From an uncultured virus (IMG/VR IMGVR_UViG_2061766007_000524) (lineage: Duplodnaviria; Heunggongvirae; Uroviricota; Caudoviricetes): DNA of 64,000 nt. The notes beneath the pieces were generated by a model. The model ran no database searches. It had not been told where the DNA came from and saw nothing but the letters and a program-made list of their open reading frames with translations. Below are positions 38,061 through 50,098 of this stretch, piece by piece. Positions within the stretch are counted from its first letter, which is position 1; every line of letters starts with the position of its first letter. The translations under genes and the position numbers were made by a program. The stretch lies in the IMG/VR virus record IMGVR_UViG_2061766007_000524; one strand, 5' to 3'.

Positions 38061-39296
38061 TACACATCCCCGCTTTCTACAAAGAGATAAACATTTACCG
38101 TGATTGCGTGGTCTGGAATCTCACGGCAGAAGATGTAAACGCCGCCCTCGTAAGAAAGTGATACATCAGCATAGTTTCCAGATTCAGCTTCATTCTGCTG
38201 AAATTCCACATACGGGAAATTGTCTGTAGTGGCTCCCCCNNNNNNNNNNNNNNNNNNNNNNNNNNNNNNNNNNNNTGCTTCCCATGCACTGACGAGGACT
38301 GTCTTTGTTGGGTCAATTGCTTCTTGAAGTTTATAACAGCTCTGCCAGTTAAGGGTGTTTGCGATATTCATAGGCCCCGAAGGTGGAAAGTCCTGATAAA
38401 TGCACAGGAACGGCGTTATATCATCGTTTGTCTTTCCAGTCGGTGTACCTTCAAAATCGCAGAAGATGTACGGATTTCCCGCTCTATTATACGCATGTGA
38501 ACACTGCATGTTTCTTATCCCCCCTATTCTGTCTGGTCGGAATATTGTGGTTTCAGAAATTTAACCATCGGAATAACAATTGACTCTTTAGGCTTATCTC
38601 TGCAAAATATATAAACACCATTTTTCCTTGATTCAGTGATGTTTGAAAACTTCCCGCTCAGTGCTTCTTTTGCACCGAACACCACGTAAGGCATCATTTC
38701 CGGTGTAGCTCCCGTACAGTGTACAAAAGCTCTGTATTCGTACTCTTTAGAAAACTTGCTGTAACCAGCCGCAGCAGCGTATATGTGCCACAAAGACGGT
38801 TTGATTCTGATGTTTTCAAACTGCAAGAACTCTTTGTCTGACACGCCTGTGTAGTCCCTGTGTTTGATTTCCTTCCATTTCTTTTCATTCCACGGTTCCG
38901 GAACTTCTATATCTTCCAGAGCGCGAAATATTTTGGCATCATGCGTTACAGAAGAACCTTTTTTATAAGGCAGACACGGGCTGTATTCAGACAGCATTGC
39001 CATCTTCTGCTCATAGCTCAGTTTCTTTTTTGCCATTGTCATATTCCCCCTCTGAACAGATGGATTTTAACTGTTATATCTTTTTCTGGCGGTTCCTTTG
39101 CAAAGAGATATACGCCGCCGTTAAATGATTCGCATATTTCAGCGTAGTTTCCGGACTCAGCTTCATTCTGTGCAAACTCCGTGTACGGAAACATGTCAGA
39201 ACGTGCCTTTTCAATCGGAACTGCTGCGATATAAGGGTAATCGGTGTACCGTGGAATCTTCTTCCAAGAATCAGAGGTTACAGCTTTTTCAACCAT
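38060..39296 (-). CDS. Three tandem paralogous tail-associated proteins (38060..38509, 38524..39042, 39039..39296)
   Basis: Shared PY.EF...EA.SG.Y/F.....S..GGVY.F..E.P...IT domain. Confidence 0.75.
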
Positions 39297-39306
39297 TTTG
39301 TTATCC

Positions 39307-40542
39307 TTAACTTGTAATGTCTTTCACGCTAACAGCGTCAATCGTCATGTTTCCTGTCTGCCCTATCGGTCTGGAAAAGCCTTGAATCAAGTGTTTTTCT
39401 ACGGGAGAACCTTCTTTATCGTTCCTTCTAAGAGTGATAATGTTGTTCTCAGCTATGTGAAACATCTGAGTTGTCGTAATTGATACAGTTTTTTGCAGGA
39501 CGGAATACCTTTTCAACATCCACTCAGCGTAAGACTGGCAAATGTCATCCGCATAGTAGTTTGACATTTCAATCCGTTTTGTTTTTAGTCCTACACGGCT
39601 GATACACGTTTCAGACTTCGGGTCGGTGTCTTGCGCTCTCCCTCTCGCTGTCGTGTTATCGTCATTCGTAGCTCCGACAACTATAATGTCATTGTAGACT
39701 TCCGTATTTTTGTGGGTATAGTCGAGAGAAAGTAGTTGCTTTTCGTCCATGGAAAAATCCCACAGAATCGGTTTATCAGCATCGTCTATATCATCCTGTG
39801 ACGGGGAGACAACCAGTCTACCATTCTGGTTATAACCAACCCACGCTGCCAGCATTTCAGTAAGGCCAAGAATAACGTCTGCATATGTGCCGTTTGCATC
39901 ACTGATGTAATCATACGGAGCATCAATAAGGTTTACGGTTGTTCCATCTGTCAGCGTTTGCGTTTTACCGTCGTAGTAGTTCGTAAACAGCGGCGTAACA
40001 CCGTCAATCGGATAATCGCTGTTGTTCGCTGCATCGTATTTCCCAAGCTTCAAGATAGATGCTATTGCTTGAAAGATATTAGTTCCAGCGTTCACTTGGT
40101 AAACATCTTCAAGGTTGCCTAACAGAGTACCGTCAAGATTCGCCCATTTATCAACCAACGTATAAGTGATTGTCTTTTCGCTTGGTTTAATTGCTTCCTT
40201 CGGCGTTTCCAGTTCAAAAATTCCTTGCGGGATGTAATACTCTGTACCATCCGGAAGAACCAGACCTTCCTGTAATCTGACTTGCTGTCCAAACCAAAGA
40301 TTATTTACGGCGTAATCATACGTACCATTTACGTTTGCAAGCGTTACAGTGGCCTGTCGGCGCTTTCCGTTCTGTAGGTTGCATGATATAGTACCGTTCT
40401 GTATAAATGCGTCAGAGCCGCTTGTATAGGGGTTATTATCAAGCGTAAAAGCAATGCTTCCATCCGGATTCAGAAATTCAAGCTTTGCAACTTTGATAAA
40501 GTCTGTTTTCAGAGCTTCAAGATATGCCGAATAATCGTTCAA
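39307..40542 (-). CDS. Tail/baseplate hub protein
   Basis: RRQATVTL.N, YIPQGIF, DKWANLDGTL.GNL, VYNDIIVVG; position downstream of the tape measure gene. Confidence 0.7.
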   Translation of the reverse strand: MNDYSAYLEALKTDFIKVAKLEFLNPDGSIAFTLDNNPYTSGSDAFIQNGTISCNLQNGKRRQATVTLANVNGTYDYAVNNLWFGQQVRLQEGLVLPDGTEYYIPQGIFELETPKEAIKPSEKTITYTLVDKWANLDGTLLGNLEDVYQVNAGTNIFQAIASILKLGKYDAANNSDYPIDGVTPLFTNYYDGKTQTLTDGTTVNLIDAPYDYISDANGTYADVILGLTEMLAAWVGYNQNGRLVVSPSQDDIDDADKPILWDFSMDEKQLLSLDYTHKNTEVYNDIIVVGATNDDNTTARGRAQDTDPKSETCISRVGLKTKRIEMSNYYADDICQSYAEWMLKRYSVLQKTVSITTTQMFHIAENNIITLRRNDKEGSPVEKHLIQGFSRPIGQTGNMTIDAVSVKDITS

Positions 40543-40555
40543 TGTCCATCACCCT

Positions 40556-42196
40556 TTACGTTCCAGCTTGTACTTCCGCTGTCAGAATGTTTGTTAACGG
40601 TTCAATCTCCATGCTTGCGGGAGTGAATGAACCATCAGCTTCTTGAATCAAAACACCATCTTGCATTCTAAGGATTGAACCATCGGCATAGTCGTTCGGA
40701 GTTGTCCAAACAAGGCTACCCGTCTGCGGGTCAACCGTAACTGTCGTAAAGATGATGTTATCAAGCGGATAGAAGGAGCTTTCCGGAGAGGACGTTACCA
40801 TGATTCCCTCTGTAGAACCTATCTCCACCCATGGAACCGTTACCGTCTGCGGAAGTGCTGCCTTGTTCACATCTGTCTGCGCTGTGATAGGCCCATTCGT
40901 ATGGATTCTAAGGAAATGCCCTTTCGGGTCAATCAGGAACAGAGTGTTTTCCGTTTCAGACAGCATCATCACATCGTCAACGTCTTTCACCGTGTCGGTA
41001 TAGGTTCCTTCGCCTTGTGATACAGTTCCCAAATATCCGGACACGCTTCCAGTCTTATAGTTCTGTGACGTTGCCTGTCTTGTCGGGTATCTGGTGAAGT
41101 TTTTCAGAATCGTAGGCGTATTGTTGTTTGAAATAGCGCCCTCTTTAATTCCACCTTCACCGTATCTGAATTGATGTACAGAAACAACGGTGTACATCTT
41201 TTCTTTCGTCAGAGCTGCTTCTACAATGCACCACGAGTTATACTTTACCGTGACTTCATTAGTTATCATAGGGCCTGTGATGAAAGCGACCTGATTTTCT
41301 GGAAACACATAGTAGATATAACTCTGACCTGATGTAGCTTCGTAATCTCGAATCTGTCCTACCGTATTTCTTACGCTTACAACCTTTGAAAGGCGTGTCT
41401 CATTCGTTTTACGCCGCATTACGGTATATCCATAGGCGTTTTCTATCATCGTCCATGAGATAAACACAGCGTTCGTGTAACTCAATTGACAAGCTTCTGC
41501 GGTTCCCTGTGGTTCATCTACAGAGTATTCAACGTCGAAATCAACCCATCCGGTATCTGCTTCAATGTTGTGTATCGTTACGACAATACAGCGTACAGTA
41601 TATGTAATCTCATTCAGAAAACCGTCGTATGTGACTTGCAGTTCTCCGGTTCCTGTTATGATTCCCGTATCAAGAAGCGGTTCGTTTTCAAAACCTTTCT
41701 GAGCTACAATCCATCTGATAGAGTTCAGCGGGTCTCCGTCAGCTTGTGCATATGTTGCTGTGAATGTCTGCGCTTTTGTTGTAACGGGGTCTGGAATAGA
41801 ACCCATTGTGATTGTCGGCGTTGCTCTCGTTGCGAACACCGATGCCGTTAGTTGCTGAATGCTGTTGTTGGCATCCCACCACTGAGTTATCAGAAACTTG
41901 TATTCATTCCCGTTCGTATAAGATAAAGTCTGGCTTATATCAGAAACGCTTATTTGAACGGTATATCTCTGAATCTTACCTTCATAGTTTCTGCCCCAAA
42001 ATGGATTAGTTAGCGTAATCTTACCAGTCGTATAAGACGTTGTTGGATTATTTTCATTTTTATAAATCGTAATCTGATATGCCACCATCGGGCTATCGCC
42101 GTTAATCTGCCAACTGATTTTAAGCGCGTCCAATGCGTCTACGCATCCGGAGCCGTTCACTTCATCAGGCGTTATATTTGTAGGTTGGAAAAGCAT
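40556..42196 (-). CDS. Tail protein with fibronectin-III-like beta domains (distal tail-like)
   Basis: MLFQPTNITP, AYQITIY, DYEATSGQSY.YYVFP, NFTRYPT. Confidence 0.65.
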   Translation of the reverse strand: MLFQPTNITPDEVNGSGCVDALDALKISWQINGDSPMVAYQITIYKNENNPTTSYTTGKITLTNPFWGRNYEGKIQRYTVQISVSDISQTLSYTNGNEYKFLITQWWDANNSIQQLTASVFATRATPTITMGSIPDPVTTKAQTFTATYAQADGDPLNSIRWIVAQKGFENEPLLDTGIITGTGELQVTYDGFLNEITYTVRCIVVTIHNIEADTGWVDFDVEYSVDEPQGTAEACQLSYTNAVFISWTMIENAYGYTVMRRKTNETRLSKVVSVRNTVGQIRDYEATSGQSYIYYVFPENQVAFITGPMITNEVTVKYNSWCIVEAALTKEKMYTVVSVHQFRYGEGGIKEGAISNNNTPTILKNFTRYPTRQATSQNYKTGSVSGYLGTVSQGEGTYTDTVKDVDDVMMLSETENTLFLIDPKGHFLRIHTNGPITAQTDVNKAALPQTVTVPWVEIGSTEGIMVTSSPESSFYPLDNIIFTTVTVDPQTGSLVWTTPNDYADGSILRMQDGVLIQEADGSFTPASMEIEPLTNILTAEVQAGT

Positions 42197-42222
42197 GTTC
42201 CCACTCCTTCCTACTTATTTAA

Positions 42223-43219
42223 TTATCTGTGATTTCTCAGAATCACGATTCCGGAACCACCAGCTCTTGCGCTTCCGCTGTGACCGTCTGGCAGATTACC
42301 GCCGCCACCACCGCCACCGCCAGTGTTCGCTTGTCCTGCGGTCGCTCCATTGCTTGCCGTATATCCACGTCCACCGCCACCAGCTCCACCGGGGCTTTGA
42401 AGTCCGCCGCCACCGCCAGCATACAGCGTTCCGTTAGCATCTTCAAATTCTCTTGTCGTGCTATTTTGTCCAGTTCCGGGCGTTCCGTTTGGCCCAGCTG
42501 GTGTATAACCGCCATCGGGAAGCGCGTCTTGATAGTAACCTTGTCCACCATTGGAACCATCTGAACCACCAGCAGAACCAATCAGGTTATATCCGTTATT
42601 AAGATGACTTCCGCTTGAACCACCGGAGCCGCCATTACCGCCGTTCACTCCGTTCCCACGCTTGCCACCAGCAGCGCTTTTCCCGAACGCTGTTGATGCA
42701 CTACCATCGGCTTGAACCGCTCCACCGTCTCCAATGACGATTTGATATGATTCCGTTGTATCAATGGCAATCGATTTAAAGGTTTGAGTATAGCCGCCGC
42801 CACCGCCGCCACCTTCTCCGTTCGACTGGCTANNNNNNNNNNNNNNNNNNNNNNNNNNNNNNNNNNNNNNNNNNNNNNNNNNNNNCAAAAGTACCGCTTG
42901 TGAGGAACCGAATTTTCCAATCGCCATTTCCTTCGATGACAAGCTGTGCCGTTCCTGTGTATGTATAATCCGGAATCGACGGCATAACGAATGTGTAAAC
43001 GCCGCCAGTCTCAATTAGAATCTGTCTGACGGATGAATTTCCGTTGTTCAAAACCGAAATGTTCCATGTTCCCGGAAACGGAATCATAAACATGTACATT
43101 CCAGAAGTCCCGACAGCGTTTAAAGTTGTACCGCCACTTGAAATTTGGCATGTGCCGCCAACAGGCCAGTACACCGTCAGAGTAGCCACAACGGACGTTG
43201 TTACAATGTTAAAAAGCAT
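42223..43219 (-). CDS. Glycine-rich-domain tail protein (one gene split by the N gap at about 42833-42885)
   Basis: WKIRFLTSGTF before the gap; GGGGGGGY...YAGGGGG...ANTGGGGGGG...GGSGIVILR after it. Confidence 0.75.
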
Positions 43220-43244
43220 CTTTTTATCCGCTCCTCAGAATGTC

Positions 43245-45227
43245 TTAATCGAATATTAAGACGTTTACATTCACATCTGCTGTTGGATTCGAGTCTGACA
43301 TAAACGTAAGTTCCCCGTCTCCTTGTGCAATCACTCTAATACTGTTGTTTCTCCAAAGAAGATACGCAGCGTTATTTGCAGGAGATACGACAACGGAATT
43401 TGTTGGTGTTACTCCTGTCACGCTTACAGTCCAAGAACTTCTTCCACTTGCAAGAACGGCTGTTGCTGTCTTGTGCTGTGCTTGAATCCCATCGGTTTTA
43501 GCTGGTGTTACCGCTCCATCTACAATGTTGTCTGTATCGACAGCGTTTTGCATGAGCTTGTCGTTGCTGATTGAATTATCTGCTGTTCCTGTTGTCGTGT
43601 ACGTATTCTCTGCCGTGGTTCCGTCAGAATATGTAATCGTAATCTTTGCCGTTGTTGCTGTCGGTGCTGTAACTACGGTGCTGTAAATGCCTTTTGCAGT
43701 TGCTACCCAATAGTTCTCCCAGTTAGATGATACACCCGGTTCAATGTTATTACATGCCGTTGTGCACATGAACTGACCGCCCCTGTGTGACACCACATTC
43801 AGCGGTAAATAGGCTGTATTTGCAGCATAATTTCCTCTATTTGCTATGGAAACTTGTCCTAAAACGTATTGTGCCATTGCTCTTTCTCCTTATGTTGGGT
43901 TCTTTTTTAGTGCTACTTTTGTCAAGACAAGAGTATTTACAATCGTTGAGCTGCTTCCGTCGTTTCCGTCTGTGCTGAAATAGAAATAATGTTCTCCTGT
44001 GCAACTTGACACGTCCAAAACCACACTATCACTAAATGTTTGATTGCTGCTCAAAGTTAAGTACCCGTTTGTGACTCTAATCAAATCGCCTGTTTTATAC
44101 GGTCCTGCATACACTTCTGGTCTGGTGTCGCAGAATCCGAGTTGAAGGTCATAACCGAGTTGTTCAAATGTTCCTGTGAATTTCAGTTGTGTCGCATTGG
44201 TAAGGTCAATCTTATTATTGGAATAAGCCGGATAATATGCTCCGGATGCCTGTCCTTCGACTGTCAATGTATCGTTGCCAACAGTTACTACAGTTGGCCC
44301 AGCGCCATACAGGAACGTTCCAAACGCATTTGTCGTGCTGTCAAATAGTATATCTTCAAAAACTACTGCCACATTGTATGTTTGCCCGTTGTCAAACGCT
44401 TCGACAACCGCTGATGCTGTATCTGTTCCCTTCGTACCTGTTACTGTATAGGTCCCCGGATATTTAACTGTGAGATTCAGGACACCACTTGAATTTGTAG
44501 TTCCAGTATATTGGTTTCCTGCTGGATTCACCGCTGTCACAGAAACGTTTGCTTCTGATTCAATGTGGATTGTCGCTGAAAACCTGTAGCTTTGATACCA
44601 ACTGTTTGTGCATCCGTTCATGGCGTACCCTCATGAAAAACAAATTATTGACAAGATAGTGATTTGAGAAGAAGGTACTTCATGGGCGTATATTTCCACT
44701 CCACCACTACCGCCACCAGAACCGTTTACTGTCGTGCATATCGGAGAAAAGTTTCCGGATGAAGCATCAGTGTCTCCAAACACAACATTAGGAAACATCG
44801 TGGCATCAACGCCAGTTAACGTTATTTTCGCTTTGTAAGGGAAATCCGTGTTGTTAGATAAATTATCATTCGTAACCCAATCTGTTGTCGCTACTGTCTG
44901 ATTGGTGAATATAATCTTTCTCGCAACATCATCCGGAGTCTTTTCACCAGCATATCCGTTTCCAAACCAGAATGCTTTTGCGTTTGACAGAGAACCATGC
45001 CAAACAACCATCACGGTATCGCCTACTGTTGCATCACTTACCTCTAACGAATACGGGATAAATATTTCATTGTCCCCTTCCGGAAGCGTTACGCCAATCT
45101 TTGAACCGTTTGGAGCTGTTGTTACATCGTATCTTGCACAACGCAGACAGTTTGACGTTTCAGTTTTCACCAGAGGAACTATCTTGCTCTTTAAGGCGTT
45201 CCAAAACGCCAAACCGTCTTGAATCAT
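43245..45227 (-). CDS. Three tail/fibre proteins (43245..43877, 43890..44621, 44631..45227)
   Basis: Beta-rich, Thr-rich ORFs between tape measure and hub genes; DNSISNDKL / DGAVTPAK fibre repeats. Confidence 0.7.
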
Positions 45228-45238
45228 TGTTTACTCCT

Positions 45239-48200
45239 TTATGCTGGCATATTCGTTGTGATTGCCAACGGGCTAATCATTGCTACCAAGTCTGCCAGAG
45301 ACGTATTCTGAGCCGTACCAGCGTCTATAGTTACGCCGTTAAATGTGTACTGCGTTACCGTGTCATGGCTGTCTACGCTGTCAAAGATTGATTTAGCGGA
45401 CGTATCAGCAGTTGTTGTCAATCCACCGGACAGCAAGCCAAGAGCGGTTGCAAATGCGTTCATATCGTCTATACTGGCGTTACCAATCAAAGCAGAAAGG
45501 CCCGGACCAATCGTAAAGTCACTGAGGTTTCCGTTATGTTCGTAGAGCTTTTTAAGAGCATCGAGTTCCTGCGATTGTTGCTCTTTTAACAGACTTTCTT
45601 CTGCTTTTTGGAGCTTTTCTTCTGCTGATGCAATGTCTTTTGCATTCGCTATCCATTCCCATTGACCTGTGACCGGATTGAATACTCTGACGGTTCTCTG
45701 GTTTTGTGCGTTTGTCAGTGCTTCTCTTGCTTCATCTACTGCAAGTTGTTTCTCTGCAAGGTCATTTGCATCTTCCTGCGTGGACTGCATTGCCTTGAGA
45801 GAATCAATTAGGTCTTTCCAGAGGTCTTTTATCTGAGAATCGGACTTTGAAGCGTAACCGTAACCTTTATTGGCAAGCTTTAGTATTTCTTCGGACGTAT
45901 CGGAATATCCCGCCGCTCTGTATTCTTCAAGAAGTTTTGCTACCTTATCCTGTGCCAGCCCTTGAAGTTCAAGAGCTTTCTGATAGTCACCTTGATTTTC
46001 TGCAAGGTCTATCTGTTCATCAATAAGGTCAAGTTCTTTTTCGAGGTCATCAATCGCATGTTGGTGAGCTTCACGAATTTTTTCTTGATAATCGTAAATC
46101 TTGTTTGCAAGCTTTGCGACTTCTGCGGAATCTTCTTTAAATCCTGCCGCGAGATATTTGTCTCTTGCTTCGTTTATCTTTGCGATTGCATCAAGATAAA
46201 CGTCTGCCTCTTCATCGTGCTTCTTCTGATTGTGATACCACTCAGCGATATCGTTATAATCGCTGAGAGCATCTTTCAGTTCGCTTTCCAGTTCCTTCCA
46301 TGGGTCTTTTTCTTTCGCTGTAGAGGTTGTACGTGTGGCTTTCTCGCGTTCGGTTCCGGTGGAACCACCACCGCCACCACCACTACCGGAACTAATTCTT
46401 GGAATACCGGAAGCGTATGCGTTAATTCCGTTATTAACAGAAATATTTCCTATCGCCTGTCTGGTTTCTTCTGCCGTAAGAACGATAGCACCTTTACCAA
46501 GGCTGACGATTGCTGGTTTACCACCGTTGGCAATATAAGCTCTGCCGTTGTCTGAAATAAGCTCCGGGCCTTTTTCGTTGACAAGCGCAGGCCCACCGGG
46601 AGCATCTTTCGTACCACCAGCAAATGGGGGAACTTTACCATTTGTAATGATGTTTGCTGTGATGGTTACGTCCTTGCTGTTTATGCCGTCGATTACATCT
46701 TTAAGAGCCTGTGCCGCTTCTGTTCCAACAGTAGTTGCTGTAACGGTCGCGTCCTTGTCTTGTACTTCGCCCTCTACGTCAACTAACGCTTGAACACCTT
46801 CGGTTCCTTCCGTAGTTACCGTAACTGTAGCTTCTTGATCTTCAACAAGCTTCTCGCCCTCACCGCCGCCCTCTACTTCGACGTTCGCTGTAATCGTTGT
46901 ATCACCAGTAGCTTCTTCAACCGCTCCTTGCGCTTGTTCTCCGTCAACTTCAACGTCAGCTTCAACTTTCGGCGGTTCTACAAGTCCAAGAGCAACTGCA
47001 ATCGCGTTTCCGATTGCAGCGGGGTCCATGTTCTCAAACCCTTCAATAAATCCTTGTTGTCCAAGCGCTTGAATAAGTCCGGAAATCTTTTGTGGGTCTG
47101 TGTTCCCAAGTGTTACAAGTCCGTTAGCAACGTCTTGTATGTTCATTCCCGCTTCACCAGACTCTACGCCAAGAGCCGTAAGAGCGTTAGCAAGGTTTTG
47201 CGTACCTTCCCAGCCCATTTCGACTTCTGAGCCATATTCATCCAGAGAAGCCAGAAGTGCTTGCATGAGCGGTAATGGTAGATTCAATGCTGATGCAAGT
47301 TTTTCAGCCGAAGCGTATGTAAAGCTTAAACTTCCGTCTGCTTCCTGAGATATTTTTACAACTTCTGCAAGTGAATCTGTCATGTGGTCGAATAGATAAT
47401 TCGCCATATCGACAGCAGCGTTTCCGGATGCCCCGTTAAATACACCTTGATAGAAGTCGCTGGCAAGGAACTCACCCATTGCCTCTACGTTATATCCAAG
47501 TGAACGCTGAACTTCGTCAGTAAGGAATAACTTTGCAGCTTCTCCTACTACAGTAGAATCTGTTTTCCCGGCTTCCCAATCTTTTAAGAACGTTTTATAT
47601 GCCGAGGAATACTGGTCTGCCGCACCGCTTTTTACCTTTTGGGTAGCTTCCGAAAAACCTTCAAGTGCTCTTGTAGCACCTTCTATTGAAGTCGTTGTAT
47701 CATTAAAGCTTTCAGCAGCATTCTGCTGTGCTTCGGCTGTTTCATCTGTCGCTTCTGTTAATCTGTTAAGTTCATCTTCCGCATTAGCAGCAGCTACTTC
47801 TTGTTCTTCCAGAGCTTCGTTATATAGCCTTACAAATTCAGCAGCTTCCGCATTTGCGGCAAGACTCTCATAAGGCATTTTCAGAAGATTGTCGTAATAC
47901 CCTCTGTATTCATCCAACAATCCATTCAGATTTTCTGAAATTTGCTGTCTGTTTTGAGAACCATCTTCTTTTATTGCTTCGCTGTATGCTCTTTGAAATT
48001 CGCTAAGTTGCTGTTGCGCTCTTGTTATTGCTCTATATGAATATACGTCGTTATCCCAAGATTCTTCATAACCAACAATTTCTGACGGATATTTGCCGTA
48101 CTCCGCTCTTGCGATTGTCTGTGCATCGTAAGCCTGTTGTTTCATTGCCTGTTCTTGGCTTTCAAGATAGGCAAGACGTTTCTGGTCAAATTCTGTCAGT

Positions 48201-49585
48201 TCGCTATAATGCAGCCGAAGGTTTTCTAACTCTTTAGCATATTTTCCATTGGTTCCAAATTCTGATTCATAACTGTTGTATGATTCTTCTGCTTGCTGGT
48301 CTGCAAGTTCTCTCTTGGTCTGAGTAATCCGTTCAATAATATAGTCAAGTCCATCTATCATTTGAGTGATAGAGTCCAAGAATCCTTTAATTGATTCTGT
48401 ATTCGCTATATCAGAAATAAGTTCAGTCCAAGAGTTTTTAAGAATATTCGCTTTAGCATCCCAAGAATCGAGCATCTGTTCGATTTCTTTGTCAGCAGTT
48501 CCGGCAGCTTGTCCAAGGCCACTAAGAATTTCCTCGAACATGTCAAAGTTTTCAACGAGCGCTGCCAATTGGTTAGTTCTCAGTTTGCCGCCAACGCTTG
48601 TGAGAATATCAAACAGTTCTGGTCTACTTAAATCTCCGTTCCTATATGCTTCTGACAGAGAACGGATCGCTTCTATCGGGTCAATCAGCTCACCAGATGC
48701 TTGTGCTGCTTTGATTGCTTCTGAACCATACTTTTTCAGAGCATCAGACATTGACTTTACTGACTGTTCAGTAACTTCAAACTGCCCTTGTTCATCGGAA
48801 AGAACTTCTCCGACTTCGCCAGTGATATTCAGAATCAAAGCTCTTAATGCAGTTGCCGCTTTGGTTCCTGTTTCCTGAGTTACAGATGTAATAGTACCTA
48901 ATGCAGCCATCAATTCATCAATGGACATATTCGCCATTGATGCTGTGCTTGCCACAATAGGCATACCAGTTGCAATCTTATCAAGAGAAGTTGCGTAGTT
49001 GTTGTTGATGTAGTCAGCTTTGTCAACAACGGAAGATAACTGCTCTAAATTGCCATTAAATTTATATGCGGCATCAGCAGAAAGCAGAAATTTCGATGCG
49101 ACCGCTTCTGTCGTATCACCGACAAGCATTGTTTTCGTTGCCAGTTCTGCCAATCCTGCATAATTGCTCTTGCCAGCTTTTGCAAATTCATAAGCAGACG
49201 ATAAAAATTTGTCTGCCGAAACGCCATATTTTGAAGCAGTATCATAGGCGGCATCACCTAACTGCTTTAAATTCTCTTTGCTTTCGTTTGTGACCTTTCT
49301 AATGTTTGTGAGTTGCTTATCAACCTGTTGCATGGTCGAAAGCGCTTCTCTGACATTCTTAATCACAAACATTGTGCCAAACGCCGCTGCTAATTGTCCA
49401 GCCGATGCAATCAATCCAGCAATTTTTGATTGCATTGATTGCATTCCCGTCGTTGTTTGTCCGGCTTTCCCACCAACATTAACCGGGGTAGAATTTATTT
49501 TGTGTATTAGAGTGTCTATATTGGTAAGGTAAGTTAACGCACCTTTGTCGTTTACATTTACATTAACGGTTACGCTTGCTGCCAT
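45239..49585 (-). CDS. Tail tape measure protein
   Basis: 1448 aa, helical, Ala-rich; VDKQLTNIRKVT, NNYATS, ATALRALILNI, FAGGTKDAPGGPALVNEKGPELI. Confidence 0.93.
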   Translation of the reverse strand: MAASVTVNVNVNDKGALTYLTNIDTLIHKINSTPVNVGGKAGQTTTGMQSMQSKIAGLIASAGQLAAAFGTMFVIKNVREALSTMQQVDKQLTNIRKVTNESKENLKQLGDAAYDTASKYGVSADKFLSSAYEFAKAGKSNYAGLAELATKTMLVGDTTEAVASKFLLSADAAYKFNGNLEQLSSVVDKADYINNNYATSLDKIATGMPIVASTASMANMSIDELMAALGTITSVTQETGTKAATALRALILNITGEVGEVLSDEQGQFEVTEQSVKSMSDALKKYGSEAIKAAQASGELIDPIEAIRSLSEAYRNGDLSRPELFDILTSVGGKLRTNQLAALVENFDMFEEILSGLGQAAGTADKEIEQMLDSWDAKANILKNSWTELISDIANTESIKGFLDSITQMIDGLDYIIERITQTKRELADQQAEESYNSYESEFGTNGKYAKELENLRLHYSELTEFDQKRLAYLESQEQAMKQQAYDAQTIARAEYGKYPSEIVGYEESWDNDVYSYRAITRAQQQLSEFQRAYSEAIKEDGSQNRQQISENLNGLLDEYRGYYDNLLKMPYESLAANAEAAEFVRLYNEALEEQEVAAANAEDELNRLTEATDETAEAQQNAAESFNDTTTSIEGATRALEGFSEATQKVKSGAADQYSSAYKTFLKDWEAGKTDSTVVGEAAKLFLTDEVQRSLGYNVEAMGEFLASDFYQGVFNGASGNAAVDMANYLFDHMTDSLAEVVKISQEADGSLSFTYASAEKLASALNLPLPLMQALLASLDEYGSEVEMGWEGTQNLANALTALGVESGEAGMNIQDVANGLVTLGNTDPQKISGLIQALGQQGFIEGFENMDPAAIGNAIAVALGLVEPPKVEADVEVDGEQAQGAVEEATGDTTITANVEVEGGGEGEKLVEDQEATVTVTTEGTEGVQALVDVEGEVQDKDATVTATTVGTEAAQALKDVIDGINSKDVTITANIITNGKVPPFAGGTKDAPGGPALVNEKGPELISDNGRAYIANGGKPAIVSLGKGAIVLTAEETRQAIGNISVNNGINAYASGIPRISSGSGGGGGGSTGTEREKATRTTSTAKEKDPWKELESELKDALSDYNDIAEWYHNQKKHDEEADVYLDAIAKINEARDKYLAAGFKEDSAEVAKLANKIYDYQEKIREAHQHAIDDLEKELDLIDEQIDLAENQGDYQKALELQGLAQDKVAKLLEEYRAAGYSDTSEEILKLANKGYGYASKSDSQIKDLWKDLIDSLKAMQSTQEDANDLAEKQLAVDEAREALTNAQNQRTVRVFNPVTGQWEWIANAKDIASAEEKLQKAEESLLKEQQSQELDALKKLYEHNGNLSDFTIGPGLSALIGNASIDDMNAFATALGLLSGGLTTTADTSAKSIFDSVDSHDTVTQYTFNGVTIDAGTAQNTSLADLVAMISPLAITTNMPA

Positions 49586-49612
49586 TATCTCACCTCAATC
49601 TGGTTATCCGTC

Positions 49613-49990
49613 TTAAATAGCATCTAAATACGATTGCAGTATTGATTCTCCGGGACCGCCCGCAAATTCTTGTCCTGCTTCTTCCATGAACGGCCTTGGC
49701 CCCGGCATATGGTAGTTAGGAAATCCACCTTCTACAAATACTACTTCCGGTACGCCATAGTCCATTCCTTGCATCGGTGTTACGTTTGTTATCGTTACGT
49801 AATTGCTTCCAACTTCTTCTTCATAAGAGCCATGCCCGAACAGCATTGGTCTTGAAGAAGGTCCGTCATATCGTCCAGATACGTCATCTATTGTTGATTT
49901 AAACGGTTCTACCCAAGCTTGCATTGCTTGTGATATCGCCGCATCTATTCGTGGTCTAACAAAACCCAAATAATCACTAACAAGGCTCAT
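49613..49990 (-). CDS. Putative tail completion/neck protein (HK97 gp10-like)
   Basis: VEGG...MPGPRPFMEEA motif. Confidence 0.55.
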   Translation of the reverse strand: MSLVSDYLGFVRPRIDAAISQAMQAWVEPFKSTIDDVSGRYDGPSSRPMLFGHGSYEEEVGSNYVTITNVTPMQGMDYGVPEVVFVEGGFPNYHMPGPRPFMEEAGQEFAGGPGESILQSYLDAI

Positions 49991-50055
49991 TTCTTCACCT
50001 TCTTACTTCTGAAAAGCTGTTTACACCCCGTAAGCAACTTGTCACAGGCAAGGAG

Positions 50056-50091
50056 ACAAGCCCCTCTCCCTCGTTAAAGAGAGGGGCTTGT
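50056..50091 (-). terminator. Hairpin terminator after major tail gene
   Basis: ACAAGCCCCTCTC...GAGAGGGGCTTGT. Confidence 0.75.
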
Positions 50092-50098
50092 TGATTCA

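Noticed and set aside
38240..42885. Further DGR variable regions at the N gaps near 38240 and 42833
   Set aside because: The flanking sequence does not resemble the TR; treated as ordinary assembly gaps
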